DNA of 24,000 bases from Variovorax humicola (lineage in GTDB: Bacteria > Pseudomonadota > Gammaproteobacteria > Burkholderiales > Burkholderiaceae_C), in assembly GCF_037889915.1 (NCBI RefSeq), contig NZ_JBBKZV010000010.1, positions 15,387 to 39,386 on the forward strand, read 5' to 3'. Position 1 is the stretch's first letter, and every line of letters begins with the position of its first letter. A model generated the notes under the pieces. That model saw only the letters and a program-made list of their open reading frames with translations. It was not told the origin of the DNA and did no database searches. This document shows, in pieces, positions 1 through 7,677 of this stretch. Both the position numbers and the translations under genes were made by a program.

Positions 1-45
1 TTTTGATTTCTCGATTTGACTGAACGAACGGACAAGGAGAAGGAC

Positions 46-768
46 ATGGATGTGCGGTTTCTTCCCGCGGGTGACACCGCGATGGTTGTGGAGTTCGGCG
101 ATCGCATCGACCGCGCCCTCAGCACAAGAGTGCTCGCGCTGGGCGCGAAGCTGCGGGCCGCGAGCCTGCCCGGCGTGATCGAGTCGGTGCCCACCTATCG
201 CTCGCTGATGGTGAGGTACGACCCGTTGCAGGTGGACGGCGCCAGCCTCGAGCGGCAACTCGAGGGCCTGCTGCATGGCGATGCGGCCGCCGGCACCGAG
301 GCGCGGCTGTGGCACGTGCCTGCGTGCTACGAGGCTTCGCATGCACCAGACCTCGCGGACGTGGCGCAACGCACCGGCCTCACCACGCAAGAGGTGGTCG
401 CAATGCACACCGGCACGCAGTTCCACATCTACATGATCGGCTTCGTGCCGGGCTATCCGTACATGGGTGACCTGCCCGCGGCCCTGGTGCTGCCGCGCCG
501 TGCCGATCCGCGCGTTCGCGTGCCCGCCGGCTCGATCGCCATCGCGTCGAACATGACGGCCATCTATCCGATCGAGAGTCCCGGCGGCTGGCATCTGATC
601 GGTACCACCCCCGTTCGCCTGTTCGACGCGCAACGCGAGCGCCCCGCGCTGTTCGGCCCTGGCGACAAGGTGCGCTTCGAACCTGTCAGCGCGTCGGAGT
701 TCGAGGACATACGCCGCGCGAGTGCAGACGGTTCATACGTGTTGTCTTCCTGGAGCATTGCGCAATGA
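46..768 (+). CDS. pxpB: 5-oxoprolinase subunit B (PxpB; KipI / allophanate hydrolase subunit 1 family)
   Basis: The ORF track frame is 16..768. The N-terminus MDVRFLPAGDTAMVVEFGD is typical of the PxpB/KipI family. The ATG at 46 is preceded by AAGGAGA (34-40), while the TTG at 16 has no RBS. The stop overlaps the next gene's ATG in ATGA at 765-768. Confidence 0.85.
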   Translation: MDVRFLPAGDTAMVVEFGDRIDRALSTRVLALGAKLRAASLPGVIESVPTYRSLMVRYDPLQVDGASLERQLEGLLHGDAAAGTEARLWHVPACYEASHAPDLADVAQRTGLTTQEVVAMHTGTQFHIYMIGFVPGYPYMGDLPAALVLPRRADPRVRVPAGSIAIASNMTAIYPIESPGGWHLIGTTPVRLFDAQRERPALFGPGDKVRFEPVSASEFEDIRRASADGSYVLSSWSIAQ

Positions 769-1802
769 CCTCGACTTCCACGCTCAAGGTGACCAGCCCG
801 GGCATCCATACGACCGTGCAGGACCTCGGCCGCTCGGGCTTCCAGGACGTCGGCGTGCCGCTTTCCGGCCCGCTCGACCGCATCGGCCTGCAGTTGGCCA
901 ATGCATTGGTCGGCAATGCCGGCGCGACGCCCGTCCTCGAAATGCTGTTGCAAGGACCGGCGTTCCAGGTCGAGGCCGATTCCGTGCGTGTCGCGCTGGC
1001 GGGCTGCAATGGCGCCATCGAGGTCGGCGGCGACAACGCCCGCCGTGTCCCGGCGGGCACGAGTGCGCGCCTGAGACGCGGCGATGTCATCCGCATCGCG
1101 TCGATGGGCGATTCGGCTTGTGCGTATCTGGCGATCGAGGGCGGGATCGACCTGGCGCCGCAATTGGGCAGTGCATCGACCTACGTCCGCGGCCGCATGG
1201 GCGGCATCAACGGCCTGACGCTGAAGGCCGGCGACAGCGTGCCGCTCAGGCAGCCCGCGGCCAAGGAGCGCCCCGAACGGATGCTGGCGCAGCCATTCGA
1301 CCTGGCGCTCGAGCAACCGGTGCGCGTGATGCTCGGACCGCAGGCGGATTTCTTTTCGGAGGCGGCGATCGAGCAGTTTCTGTCTGCCGAATACGTTGTG
1401 TCGGCGCAGTCTGATCGCATGGGATTCCGCCTGGAAGGCGTGCCGCTGGCACACGAGAAGGGCTACAACATCGTGTCGGACGGCATCGTCACGGGCTCGA
1501 TCCAGGTGCCGGGCTCAGGCCAGCCGATCGTGCTGCTGGCGGATGCCCAGACGACTGGCGGCTATCCCAAGATCGCGACGGTGATTTCGACCGACATTCC
1601 GGTGCTGGGTCGGCGCCGGCCAGGCCGAAAGGTGCGCTTCGCGGCCGTGGGCCTGGCCGAAGCCCAAGCGTTGCGAAGGGACCAGGAAGCCTTCCTGCGC
1701 CGTTGCACCGGGTCATTGCGGGTGGCGGACAGCGCTGCGGTAATCGACGTCGCGGCCCTCTACACGGAAAGCCTGATCAGCGGCGTGGTGGCGATAGACT
1801 GA
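765..1802 (+). CDS. pxpC: 5-oxoprolinase subunit C (PxpC; KipA / biotin-independent carboxyltransferase-like, allophanate hydrolase subunit 2 family)
   Basis: This 345-aa ORF contains ...LLADAQTTGGYPKIATVIS..., characteristic of the KipA/PxpC family. It is translationally coupled to pxpB by an ATGA overlap. No pxpA lies inside the window; it could be upstream of position 1. Confidence 0.85.
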   Translation: MTSTSTLKVTSPGIHTTVQDLGRSGFQDVGVPLSGPLDRIGLQLANALVGNAGATPVLEMLLQGPAFQVEADSVRVALAGCNGAIEVGGDNARRVPAGTSARLRRGDVIRIASMGDSACAYLAIEGGIDLAPQLGSASTYVRGRMGGINGLTLKAGDSVPLRQPAAKERPERMLAQPFDLALEQPVRVMLGPQADFFSEAAIEQFLSAEYVVSAQSDRMGFRLEGVPLAHEKGYNIVSDGIVTGSIQVPGSGQPIVLLADAQTTGGYPKIATVISTDIPVLGRRRPGRKVRFAAVGLAEAQALRRDQEAFLRRCTGSLRVADSAAVIDVAALYTESLISGVVAID

Positions 1803-1818
1803 GCCCCGCCGCGCGAAA

Positions 1819-1836
1819 CGTCAGCGACAGCTGACG
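1819..1836 (+). terminator. Hairpin CGTCAGC-gaca-GCTGACG just downstream of the pxpC stop; possible weak terminator
   Basis: A perfect 7-bp stem with a 4-nt loop begins 17 nt after the stop. No T-tract follows, so this may be only a stabilising hairpin or a protein site. Confidence 0.25.
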
Positions 1837-1891
1837 CCATGAAGCGTATGCTATTCTGAAATTCCATTGTTGGAATGATGAGATCAATGGG

Positions 1892-2659
1892 ATGCAAATG
1901 ACAGCAACACCGCGCCCACGCGGGCAGATTCCCGCCTACATCCAGGTCGCCGCCGCGCTGCGCCGCCGCATCGAGATCGGCGACTGGAAACCGGGCGAGA
2001 AAATCTCGACGCTCGAAGAACTCGAAGAAGAGTTCCAGGTCGCCCGCGTGACCGTCCGCCAAGCTGTCGAATTGCTCGAGCGCGACGGCCTGGTCACCCG
2101 CCAACAGGGCCGAGGCACTTTCGTCAACGACCAACTCGACGACAAGCGCTGGTTCACGCTCCAGACCTCGTGGGATGCGGTGCTGGACTCGATCAGGGAC
2201 AACGTTCCGAAGTTCATCAAGGTGGACGATCCGCCGGCCGCCCCGCGCCTGCGCGAGGGCGAGGGCGTCCTGGCCAGCGAGTATGTCTTCCTGCGCAGCG
2301 TGCAGTTGAAGGATGGCGTGCCTTATGGCGTCGTCAACCTGCATCTCTCCAAGGAGATCTTCGAGCGCGAACGGGCGCGCTTCCTGAAGCGCACGGCCCT
2401 GCCGATCCTGGCGACCATGAAGATCGGCATCCGCCATGCGCACCAGACCTTCGTGATCGGCACCGCCGACCCGGAGACGGCGGAACTGCTGAGCGTGCCG
2501 ATGAGCGCGCCCACGGCCGAGGTGCGATGGGTCGTGCGTGACGAAGCCGACGTTGCGATCTACGTCTCCGACATCACCTATCGAAGCGATGTCGTGAAGA
2601 TGTCCATCGACTTCTTCGAAGGCAGCAGCCAGGCCGCGCGCCGTCGCAAGTTCGCTTGA
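1892..2659 (+). CDS. GntR-family transcriptional regulator, HutC subfamily (N-terminal wHTH plus C-terminal UTRA-like effector domain)
   Basis: The sequence IPAYIQVAAALRRRIEIGDWKPGEKISTLEELEEEFQVARVTVRQAVELLERDGLVTRQQGRGTFV is a canonical GntR wHTH. The ~170-aa C-terminal domain has the size of a HutC/UTRA type. An alternative ATG lies at 1898. The upstream 1845-1891 is AT-rich and contains the small inverted repeat TTCCA-ttgt-TGGAA (1862-1875). Confidence 0.85.
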   Translation: MQMTATPRPRGQIPAYIQVAAALRRRIEIGDWKPGEKISTLEELEEEFQVARVTVRQAVELLERDGLVTRQQGRGTFVNDQLDDKRWFTLQTSWDAVLDSIRDNVPKFIKVDDPPAAPRLREGEGVLASEYVFLRSVQLKDGVPYGVVNLHLSKEIFERERARFLKRTALPILATMKIGIRHAHQTFVIGTADPETAELLSVPMSAPTAEVRWVVRDEADVAIYVSDITYRSDVVKMSIDFFEGSSQAARRRKFA

Positions 2660-2700
2660 TGCCTGGCGCGCGCGCCTAAGGGTTTTTGCCCTCTATTCTC

Positions 2701-2728
2701 TCTAACATACTAAAGATGGTATGTTAGA
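2701..2728. promoter_or_regulatory. Perfect 10-bp inverted repeat TCTAACATAC-n8-GTATGTTAGA; candidate operator in the promoter of the Mo-hydroxylase operon
   Basis: The arms are 2701-2710 and 2719-2728, read directly from the sequence. It lies in an AT-rich island about 100 nt upstream of the 2832 start and directly downstream of the GntR gene. The GTAT/ATAC cores resemble HutC-type half-sites. Assigning it to the GntR protein is inference. Confidence 0.5.
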
Positions 2729-2831
2729 CTGAGTGCTCGACGGCAATCTTGCCCGTCCTCCGGCGTCGTCCGCGCTCCGCGATGGAGCGCCGCGGCGCAC
2801 GGACGCAGTCAATGACGAGAGGAGCGAATCG

Positions 2832-5228
2832 ATGTCGACTCAAGGTGTCGGGGCACGGGTACTTCGCAAGGAAGACGACCGCCTGCTACGGGGGCGTGGC
2901 CAGTTCGTGGCGGACATACGCATGGCAGGCATGCTGGACGTTGCCTTTGTCCGCAGCCCACTCGCTCACGCGCGGATCGTCGGCATCGACATACCGCCTG
3001 CGTGCCGGGACGGCGTCTACACCGTGCAGGATCTAGGTTCGGTCAGGCCGATCCGGTCGGTGTCAGGCTTGCCTGGCTTCAAGATTTCCGAGCAGCCGAT
3101 CCTCGCGCAGGGCAAGGTGCGCCACGTCGGCGAGACGGTTGCCATGTGCGTGGCGCCGACGCGTGCCGAAGCCGAGGACATCGCGGCCGCCGTCCGGCTC
3201 GACCTGGAGGAACTGCCGGCGGTGCACGACATGCTCGAGGCCCGCCGCGACGTTTCCACGCGCCTGCACGAAGAGTGGCCCGACAACGTCTTCCTGGAGA
3301 CCCGCGTCAACGTCGACATCGACCGGGTGAGCGATGCGCCGATCAAGGTCAAGCGCGTGATCCGCACGTCGCGGCAGTCCATGGCGCCGATGGAAGGGCG
3401 CGGCGTCGTGGCCCACTGGGATACGCGCCTGGAGCAACTCGTCGTCTACACCGCGACGCAGATGCCGCACATCGTGCGCACAGGGCTCTCCGAATGCCTG
3501 GGCCTCGACGAAGGCCAGGTGCGGGTCATCGCACCGGACGTCGGCGGCGGCTTCGGCTACAAGGGCATCCTGCTCACCGAGGAAGTCGCGGTCAGCTGGC
3601 TGGCGATGCGGCTCGGGCGCCCGGTGCGCTGGATCGAGGACCGTCGCGAACACCTGACCGGCGGCGCCAACTGCCGCGAGCACCACTACGTGATCACCGG
3701 CTACGCCGACAGTACGGGCCGCTTGCTGGGTATCGACTGCGAGGCGACCGTCGACTCGGGCGCGTATTCGTCGTATCCGTTCTCGGCCTGCCTGGAGGCT
3801 GCGCAGGTCGCGAGCATCCTGCCGGGGCCGTACGACTTTCCGGGCTATCGCTGCGTGACGCATTCCGTCGCCACCAACAAATGCCCGATCCTGCCCTACC
3901 GAGGCGTCGCGCGCACCGGCGTGTGCTTCGCGCTGGAGTTGCTGCTCGATGATCTGGCGCATGCGGCCGGCATCGAGCCGCACGAGCTGCGCATGAAAAG
4001 CCTGGTGCGTCCGGAGCAGATGCCGTTCGACAACATCACGAAGAAGCACTTCGACAGCGGCGACTATCCCGAGGCGCTGCGCCAGGCGGTGGAGGCGATC
4101 GACCTTCCCGCCATCCGTGCGCGCCAGAAGCGCGGCGAGGCCGATGGCCGCCTGATCGGCGTCGGGGTGTCGATCTATTGCGAGCAGGCGGCGCACGGCA
4201 CGTCGGTGTACGCGGGCTGGGGCATTCCGATGGTGCCTGGCTACGAGCAGGCGACGGCGCGCCTGACGCCCGACGGCGGGCTCGAGCTGCGCATCGGCGC
4301 GCACTCGCACGGCCAAAGCCTCGAAACCACGTTGGCGCAGGTGGCCAACGAGATCCTCGGCATCGACGTGTCCAAGGTCAAGCTGATCCATGGCGACACC
4401 GCGTTCACCCCGTATTCGACCGGCACCTGGGGCTCGCGCTGCATGGTGATGTCGGGCGGCGCGGTCTCGCGTGCCTGCCAGCAGTTGTCGGCCCGCCTGT
4501 CGGTCATCGGCGCATGGATGCTCGAGACGCAGGCGGACCAGGTCGTGTTGCGCGATGGCAGGTTGACCGGTCCCTCCGGCAGCCTTTCGATCGGCGAGAT
4601 CGCCCGGACCTGGTACCGGCGGCCGCAGGACCTGCCCGCGGGGGTCAATCCCGGCGGGCTGGAGGTGACCGAGGGCTACAAGCCGCAGCGGGACTCCGGT
4701 ACCTTCGGCTATGGCGCGCACGCGGTGGTCGTGGCGATCGACCGCGAGACGGGCGACGTCGAGATCCTCGACTACGTGATCGTCGAGGACGGCGGCAAGC
4801 TGGTCAATCCGATGGTCGTGGACGGCCAGATCTACGGCGGGACCGCGCAAGGCATCGGCACCGCGCTCTACGAGGAGATGGCCTTCGACGCATCCGGCCA
4901 GCCGCAGGCATCGACCTTTGCCGACTACCTGCTGCCCGGCCCGACCGAGGTGCCCGAGCCGAGGTTGATCCACATGGAAACCGTTTCGCCCTACACCGAG
5001 TTCGGCGTCAAGGGTGTCGGGGAGAGCGGCGCGATCCCGCCGCCCGCCGCGATCTGCAATGCCGTCAACGACGCACTGCGTCCGCTCGGTGCGTCGCTGT
5101 ACGTCTCGCCCGTCACGCCGCGCCGCGTGCTGGAAGCCATCGCCGAGGCACAGGACGCCGCCGCGGCAGCGATTGCGGCATCGACGGCATCGACGGCAAT
5201 GCGCGACAGCGCGAAGGTGGCGCCATGA
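2832..5228 (+). CDS. Molybdopterin-binding large subunit of a xanthine dehydrogenase / aldehyde oxidase / CoxL-like hydroxylase
   Basis: MSTQGVGARVLRKEDDRLLRGRGQFVAD is the classic N-terminus of this family. The ATG at 2832 is preceded by GAGAGGAG (2816-2823); the track ORF start at 2733 adds a poor R/P-rich extension. The C-terminal GVKGVGESGAIPPPAAI motif is typical. The active-site loop reads PYRGVAR (3894-3914), not the form-I CODH VAYRCSFR. Confidence 0.9.
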   Translation: MSTQGVGARVLRKEDDRLLRGRGQFVADIRMAGMLDVAFVRSPLAHARIVGIDIPPACRDGVYTVQDLGSVRPIRSVSGLPGFKISEQPILAQGKVRHVGETVAMCVAPTRAEAEDIAAAVRLDLEELPAVHDMLEARRDVSTRLHEEWPDNVFLETRVNVDIDRVSDAPIKVKRVIRTSRQSMAPMEGRGVVAHWDTRLEQLVVYTATQMPHIVRTGLSECLGLDEGQVRVIAPDVGGGFGYKGILLTEEVAVSWLAMRLGRPVRWIEDRREHLTGGANCREHHYVITGYADSTGRLLGIDCEATVDSGAYSSYPFSACLEAAQVASILPGPYDFPGYRCVTHSVATNKCPILPYRGVARTGVCFALELLLDDLAHAAGIEPHELRMKSLVRPEQMPFDNITKKHFDSGDYPEALRQAVEAIDLPAIRARQKRGEADGRLIGVGVSIYCEQAAHGTSVYAGWGIPMVPGYEQATARLTPDGGLELRIGAHSHGQSLETTLAQVANEILGIDVSKVKLIHGDTAFTPYSTGTWGSRCMVMSGGAVSRACQQLSARLSVIGAWMLETQADQVVLRDGRLTGPSGSLSIGEIARTWYRRPQDLPAGVNPGGLEVTEGYKPQRDSGTFGYGAHAVVVAIDRETGDVEILDYVIVEDGGKLVNPMVVDGQIYGGTAQGIGTALYEEMAFDASGQPQASTFADYLLPGPTEVPEPRLIHMETVSPYTEFGVKGVGESGAIPPPAAICNAVNDALRPLGASLYVSPVTPRRVLEAIAEAQDAAAAAIAASTASTAMRDSAKVAP

Positions 5229-6046
5229 AACCAGCACGCTTCGACTACGAGCGGCCCGCGGACCTTGCCGCCGTGATCCGACACCTGCAACGCGACGACA
5301 TCGTCGTCAAGATCGTGGCCGGCAGCCAGTCGCTCGGACCGATGCTCAACCTGCGCCTGGTGCAGCCCGACCTGCTGGTCGACATCACGGGCATCCCGGA
5401 ACTGAAGCGCGTGGAAGTCGGCAAGGACGCCATCGTCATCGGCGCGTGCGTGACGCATGCGGACATCGAGGATGGCCGGGTGCCCGATGTCACGCGCGGC
5501 GCGCTCTCGAAGGTGGCGCGCGGGATTGCCTACCGCGCGGTGCGCAACCGCGGCACCATTGGCGGAAGCCTGGTGCATGCCGACCCGTCGGCCGACTGGA
5601 TCTCCAGCCTTGCCGCGCTCGGTGCCGAAGTGATCATCGCCGGCCCCGCCGGCAAGCGCCGGCTGGCGATCGAGGACTTCATGACCGGCGTGTTCGAAAC
5701 CGCCCTCGAGCCCGGCGAAATGCTGGAAGCGGTGAGGATTCCCCGCCTGTCCGACGGCGCACGCTGGGGTTATCACAAGCTGTGCCGCAAGACCGGCGAG
5801 TTCGCGCATGCCATCGGCGTGGTGCTGCACGACCCCGATCGCAAGGTTTGCCGCGTCGTGATCGGTGCCACCGAGGCCAAGCCGATCATCGTGACCGATG
5901 CGCGGTCGCTCTTCGGCGAGGGCCGCAAGCTCGACGTGGATGCAGCGCACAAGCTCCTTGCCGATGCGGGACTGGACGACGCATTGGACAACCAGATTCA
6001 CATTGCCGCCCTGAAGCGCGCCGTCGATCGGGCCGAACAGTCATGA
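5225..6046 (+). CDS. FAD-binding medium subunit (CoxM-like, molybdopterin dehydrogenase FAD-binding domain)
   Basis: MKPARFDYERPADLAAVIRHL...IVAGSQSLGPMLNLRL...RNRGTIGGSL are hallmark motifs of the FAD subunit. It has ATGA overlaps with both the upstream (5225-5228) and downstream (6043-6046) genes. Confidence 0.9.
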   Translation: MKPARFDYERPADLAAVIRHLQRDDIVVKIVAGSQSLGPMLNLRLVQPDLLVDITGIPELKRVEVGKDAIVIGACVTHADIEDGRVPDVTRGALSKVARGIAYRAVRNRGTIGGSLVHADPSADWISSLAALGAEVIIAGPAGKRRLAIEDFMTGVFETALEPGEMLEAVRIPRLSDGARWGYHKLCRKTGEFAHAIGVVLHDPDRKVCRVVIGATEAKPIIVTDARSLFGEGRKLDVDAAHKLLADAGLDDALDNQIHIAALKRAVDRAEQS

Positions 6047-7326
6047 AAACCATCAACCTGACCGTGAATGGCAAGGTCGTCTCGGGCGCGGCCGTCGAAC
6101 CCCGCACGCAGCTCGCCGACTTCCTGCGCGATTCGCTCGACCTGACCGGCACCCACCTGGGATGCGAGCACGGCGTTTGCGGGGCCTGCACGCTGATGAT
6201 CGACGGCGTGCCGGCGCGCTCGTGCATCACGCTGGCGGTGGCTTGCGACGGCGCCGACGTCACCACCATCGAAGGGATGGACGACGACGACGTCATGCGC
6301 GCGCTGCGCGCCGCGTTCTCGCGCGAGCACGCGCTGCAATGCGGCTACTGCACACCCGGCATGCTGGCCTCGGCTCGCGACGTGGTGCTGCGCATGCCCG
6401 ATGCCAGCGAGCAGGACATCCGCTATGCGATGAGCGGCAATCTGTGCCGTTGCACCGGCTATGTTGGCATCGTGCGTGCCGTGCAGGCGGTCATCGAGGA
6501 GCGCAGGGCAGCGGGCTTTACCGTGTGCGTGAATGCGCGGACCGCGTTGGGTCCGGTGGGGTCTGGGCATGCTGCGCCGATGGCCGGGGGCGGCAGTCCC
6601 GCAGCAGTGAATGGCGCAACCACCCGGGTCAGCGTGGCAGCGCCGAAGGCGTCGGCACCGCCGAAGGCGTCGGCACCGGCGCCGGCCACGGCCACGCCCA
6701 CTGCGGCCCCGGCCACCCGCACAGCGTCGGACAGCAGCAAGCCGATGACCACCCTGAACCAGACTTTCACCGTCGACTTCCCGCGCGACGAGGTCTGGGC
6801 CTTCTTTGGCCGCCTTGGCGACGTGACCACCTGCCTGCCCGGCGCATCGTTGCTGGCGCCGCCGACCGAAACCCATGTCGAACCCAAGTTGCGCATCAAG
6901 GTGGGACCGATCGTGGCGGACTTCGAGGGCGCCGCGGACGTCGAGCGGGACCCGGCCCAGTACGTCGGCATGATCTTCGGCAGCGCACGCGACACCAAGT
7001 CGAGTTCCGCGACGCGCGGCGAGATCCGCTACAGCCTGGTCGAGGAAAAGGACGGGAAAGCGACGCGCGTGGACGTGCAGGTCGGATTCGCGCTGACAGG
7101 CTCGCTCGCCCAGTTCAGCCGCTCCAGCATCGTCAAGGACATCGCCAAGCGCATGACCGACGCTTTCGCAGAGAACCTGCGCGCGCGCCTGAGCCATGGC
7201 GGCAGCAATTCCGACGGGAGCGCGCCTGCGCCGCAGGCCGCCGAACTGAACGCCGGCGCGCTGGTGTTCTCGGTGCTGTGGGAACGGATCTCCGGCTTCT
7301 TCGGCAAGTTGTTCCGCCGCTCCTGA
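6043..7326 (+). CDS. [2Fe-2S] small subunit (CoxS-like) fused through a Pro/Ala-rich linker to a CoxG-like SRPBCC domain with a hydrophobic C-terminal tail
   Basis: The N-terminal ~160 aa hold both cluster motifs: CEHGVCGACT and QCGYCTPGM...CRCTGY. Nucleotides ~6500-6745 encode a low-complexity linker (APKASAPPKASAPAPATATPTAAPATRT). The C-terminal part, LNQTFTVDFPRDEVWAFFGRLGDVTTCLPGASL..., resembles CO-dehydrogenase subunit G. The extreme C-terminus LNAGALVFSVLWERISGFFGKLF is hydrophobic. Confidence 0.85.
   Translation: MKTINLTVNGKVVSGAAVEPRTQLADFLRDSLDLTGTHLGCEHGVCGACTLMIDGVPARSCITLAVACDGADVTTIEGMDDDDVMRALRAAFSREHALQCGYCTPGMLASARDVVLRMPDASEQDIRYAMSGNLCRCTGYVGIVRAVQAVIEERRAAGFTVCVNARTALGPVGSGHAAPMAGGGSPAAVNGATTRVSVAAPKASAPPKASAPAPATATPTAAPATRTASDSSKPMTTLNQTFTVDFPRDEVWAFFGRLGDVTTCLPGASLLAPPTETHVEPKLRIKVGPIVADFEGAADVERDPAQYVGMIFGSARDTKSSSATRGEIRYSLVEEKDGKATRVDVQVGFALTGSLAQFSRSSIVKDIAKRMTDAFAENLRARLSHGGSNSDGSAPAPQAAELNAGALVFSVLWERISGFFGKLFRRS
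6643..6678 (+). repeat. Perfect 18-bp tandem duplication (CCGAAGGCGTCGGCACCG x2) inside the linker of the CoxS-CoxG fusion
   Basis: Units 6643-6660 and 6661-6678 are identical, in frame, and encode PKASAP twice. Confidence 0.9.
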
Positions 7327-7339
7327 AGGGGATTTCGAA

Positions 7340-7588
7340 GTGACAACGGCCAGCCGAACCATCGCGTTGTTCGTGAAGGAACCCTATCCGGGGCGTTTTG
7401 TCTGGGTCCTCATGGAGAGCGAATGGCAATCCTGGAAACAGATCGACAGCGCAAGCGAAGCCTGCGAAACGTGGACCGCCGCGTGGGAAGCCGGATGTGT
7501 CGAAATGGGCAAGCTCGCGAGCGACAAACTTCAGGGGCCGCGCCAGCCTGCGCAAGCCGACGAGCCGGCCCCCGTCGGCTGGATGTGA
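7340..7588 (+). CDS. Small hypothetical protein (82 aa, GTG start)
   Basis: The ORF is preceded by AAGGGGA (7327-7333), and G/C predominates at third codon positions as in neighbouring genes. The product (TIALFVKEPYPGRFVWVLMESEWQSWKQID..) is non-repetitive and lacks the Arg/Pro bias of shadow ORFs. I recognise no family. Confidence 0.45.
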   Translation: MTTASRTIALFVKEPYPGRFVWVLMESEWQSWKQIDSASEACETWTAAWEAGCVEMGKLASDKLQGPRQPAQADEPAPVGWM

Positions 7589-7601
7589 AGGCCTCCGTCG
7601 A

Positions 7602-7652
7602 CTGGATGCGAATCCAGGCGTGCTCGGCCGACTGCAAACTTCGAGCACGTGC
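7602..7652. terminator. Two adjacent hairpins between convergent genes; putative bidirectional terminator region
   Basis: The first is CTGGAT-gcga-ATCCAG (7602-7617). The second is GTGCTCG (7620-7626) pairing with CGAGCAC (7642-7648), extendable by 1-2 bp. Neither strand has a clear U-tract. Confidence 0.3.
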
Positions 7653-7677
7653 CTTGGGTTGACGGGAGGCTTGGCGC

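Noticed and set aside
1862-1875. The small inverted repeat TTCCA-ttgt-TGGAA upstream of the GntR gene as an autoregulatory operator.
   Set aside because: The arms are only 5 bp and are unrelated to the strong palindrome at 2701-2728. This could easily arise by chance in an AT-rich promoter patch.
3063-5237. A 724-aa ORF on the minus strand opposite the Mo-hydroxylase large subunit. Similar long antisense ORFs occur at 564-1454, 4991-6001, 5998-7362, 11515-12975, 13668-15323, 15323-16000, 16525-17661, 20539-21762 and 22000-23667.
   Set aside because: These are typical high-GC shadow ORFs. They are Arg/Ala/Gly/His-rich with no recognisable domains, and each lies antisense to a gene with strong family motifs.
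4178-7326. Very long + strand track ORFs (4178-6046, 622 aa; 5014-7326, 770 aa) that could be read as giant fusion proteins.
   Set aside because: Only their C-terminal parts (from 5225 and 6043) match CoxM-like and CoxS-like proteins. The N-terminal extensions are Arg/Pro-rich out-of-frame overlaps of the upstream gene. ATGA-coupled internal starts give proteins of canonical length.
2832-7326. Calling the L-M-S genes a carbon monoxide dehydrogenase (coxLMS).
   Set aside because: The active-site loop is PYRGVAR, not VAYRCSFR. The gene order is L-M-S rather than M-S-L, and no coxDEF-type accessory genes are present. Only a family-level call is justified.
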